From Tubulanus polymorphus (Eukaryota > Animalia > Nemertea): a stretch of DNA of 64,000 bases. The notes beneath the pieces were generated by a model. That model was not told the DNA's origin. It saw only the letters and a program-made list of their open reading frames with translations, and ran no database searches. Location: positions 10,900,275 through 10,964,274 of the forward strand of contig NC_134032.1 in the NCBI RefSeq assembly GCF_964204645.1. The letters run 5' to 3'. Of the stretch, positions 61,628 through 64,000 are shown piece by piece (position 1 is the first letter of the stretch; every line of letters begins with the position of its first letter). The position numbers were made by a program, and so were the translations under genes.

Positions 61628-64000
61628 AAAAATGAATAAATTTCGTGCTTAATCACTTGAATTTCTATATAGTGGGTTCCAATATCATTCTTATAATCTA
61701 TTACCCCCGTATGAGGCTATGGGAGCTGCTCATTCTTCTGGAAAAATGACGTTACAGCTTTGAGACGAATGAGGGGGTGACTCCATTGTTTTTATAGATA
61801 TGTGGTACGCGGTCTATGAAACCATCACAAACAGAACAACCGTAGCCTGCCCAAACCGGCCGGCACAATTAAACAATATTCATTTGGCTTAAAACTTCAA
61901 AATAGATCTAGGGATGATAAAGCAGATTTCTGAATAAAATGCAGCATATCGATCTCCCTGCAGGTAGATGGCTGGTCTCTATCAGATGGCCTATTGGTAC
62001 TTACTTCGTCCTGGAATAAAGAGAAAATTGCATCAAGTGGAAATTGTTCTATGAAATATCATAAGTATAGTAGTGATGACATGACAACACAGCAACACAC
62101 ATAGCATTGAGGTAATGACCCGGAAGTTAGTCAGAAAGGAATTACCAGGCATCTTTTGAATGGGGTATATCTGATAAATAATAAGTTCAAGCTCAAGATG
62201 ATGAGGGTTTAGTTTGAATTCAGCTACAGGAAAATAAAAATTTGAAAATAGAAGTAAGATACGTCCTCTAGATGGTCTACATATTGGGCAGCTAGCTGAG
62301 TCCCCTGAAAATAATTAACACCTTCATAGTTCTAACATGGACTCTGCAGGATAGAAGCGATTGAAAATTCACCTTCACTGATTGATGTAGTTCTATGGTG
62401 TTTAATTCTGGTGGAATGAATTAAAATTCTCCACTGTTTCTAGCGCAGAAGTAATTCATTCTATGTGTTGAGCTGGATGATAAAAAAAGAAAGGCTTTTT
62501 TTCAGGAAATGACTTTATACATTTACAGTCTAACAGCTGCTATAGTAAAGAGACTGGAATCTGTAGACATATTTACCTGTACTTGTTCTGAAGTGTGACT
62601 TTCTAAAAGCGATATCCATCATTTACAAATGTTCGGGGAATTCACAATGATTACTGTTCACAGATTTGTCAAAGGTTCCAATTATTTTTCTTCCTTTCAG
62701 CTTTATTCTGTCAATAGAGAATTGATTTTTGCGGAATAAAGAAACATGTCGTGTGAGTTTGCTATTCAGAAAATTACCATCTTTCATACTTGTTTTGATT
62801 ACTGTAGTATATCGTCCACAGTATTTTCCAGTAAAATTGATCACACATGAAAATAATGTACGGAGTAACTAATTGTAAGGTTATTATCAAATTAGAGGAA
62901 AACTCACCCTTTCAAAACTATGGGATGAATTAAGTTTCCATTTTGACTATGCAGACAATTTTAGGCAGGATTTCACCTCTAAGAGCCATATTGCCATGCA
63001 ATTAAGAGCACAGATGATTTCCTGAAAAAAAATGAACGTATAATTGTTGAACCGTACAGTATAACAAGTGAGCACTAGGTTGAATTGTTTAGAGAATATT
63101 ACTTAGTTTCTTTTTTTAAACGAATGATAGCTGTTTCAGCAACTTCTTCACTCATTGACGGTGAATATTCTTTTGGTCTTTACACCTGCAATTCGTGTTG
63201 GATGCATCGCATTCTGGAAGGAGAAAATTATGCCAAAACATGATTATTAGTGTGATGAATAGAATTTGCAGATTGTTTGCGTTCGATTGACAGAAAACCC
63301 ACCAGATGTTTGAGTATAGTTTATCACAATGTGTTGAGTGTATACAGATTTCTGAGGGGGTCTGATGGTGGCTATCGACTGTCCTCTAGGAAAGCATTGA
63401 TACCTGCTGACATTGACCGATCAAAAACCAACCATTTTCCTGACTTTATTCGAAGATACATCTATTGAATCTATTGATAACAGACAAATGTTAAATATAG
63501 TTATAAACTGATAAATCACCACAAATTACTGCGATAAATCAATAGAAAACTCACCGCTTATGAATTGTATCTGATTCTAGAGCGCAAGGTTTACTGTTTG
63601 AACATTGCTAAGGTTCAACTTCATTTTGGCCCCTAAAATACAAATGCTGTATAGACGTATCTCACCCCTGAAAATGTATATATGCATGAGGAACATGAAC
63701 ACCTTGATGATGTTATCTTTGACCAGGATATTGAAAATTCACCTTCACTGATTAATTTAGTACCATTGTGTTTAATTCTGGTAAAACGATTTCAAGTTCT
63801 CAACTGTTTCTATAGCTCAGAAGTAATTCATTCTATTGAACTGGACGGCCATAAAAGAAAAGATTTGTTTAGGAAATGGCGTCATACATTTACAGTCAAA
63901 ACAAACTAGTATAGAGACTGAAATGCGCAGAGATAATTACCGGTACTTGTTCTGGGGTGTGACTATCTAAAAGCGATGTCCATGAAAATGTTCGGTGAAT
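61628..64000 (+). repeat. Tandem segmental duplication unit, copy 3 (partial, runs off the window)
   Basis: Near-identical to ~1-2410 and ~32387-34760. Confidence 0.97.
61957..64000 (-). pseudogene. Copy 3 (partial) of the decayed LRR-like gene
   Basis: Duplicate of ~330-2410. Confidence 0.5.

Overview
Animal (invertebrate-like) nuclear DNA with AT-rich intergenic sequence and GT-AG introns. It is not prokaryotic, and there are no CRISPR arrays or rRNA genes. The whole window is a head-to-tail tandem segmental duplication: position 1 recurs at 32387 and at 61628 (periods 32,386 and 29,241 bp). The copies differ by only a few percent plus copy-specific indels. Each unit carries: (i) a decayed, internally duplicated, multi-exon minus-strand LRR-like gene; (ii) two paralogous 5-exon genes for small secreted single-VWA-domain proteins with an intact MIDAS site (252 and 256 aa, hand-spliced; the ORF track shows only fragments); (iii) facing them, two intronless rhodopsin-class GPCR paralogues of the FMRFamide-receptor-like/Srw type, one intact and one frameshifted at a different site in each unit; and (iv) many non-autonomous TIR elements and minisatellites. 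The strongest signal is that both paralogue pairs diverge in a patterned way: VWA coding exon 2 is almost purely non-synonymous, and the GPCR changes sit in extracellular loops. This makes the unit a candidate co-amplified recognition cassette, which is a hypothesis only. All alignments were done by eye, so TE and repeat boundaries are approximate.
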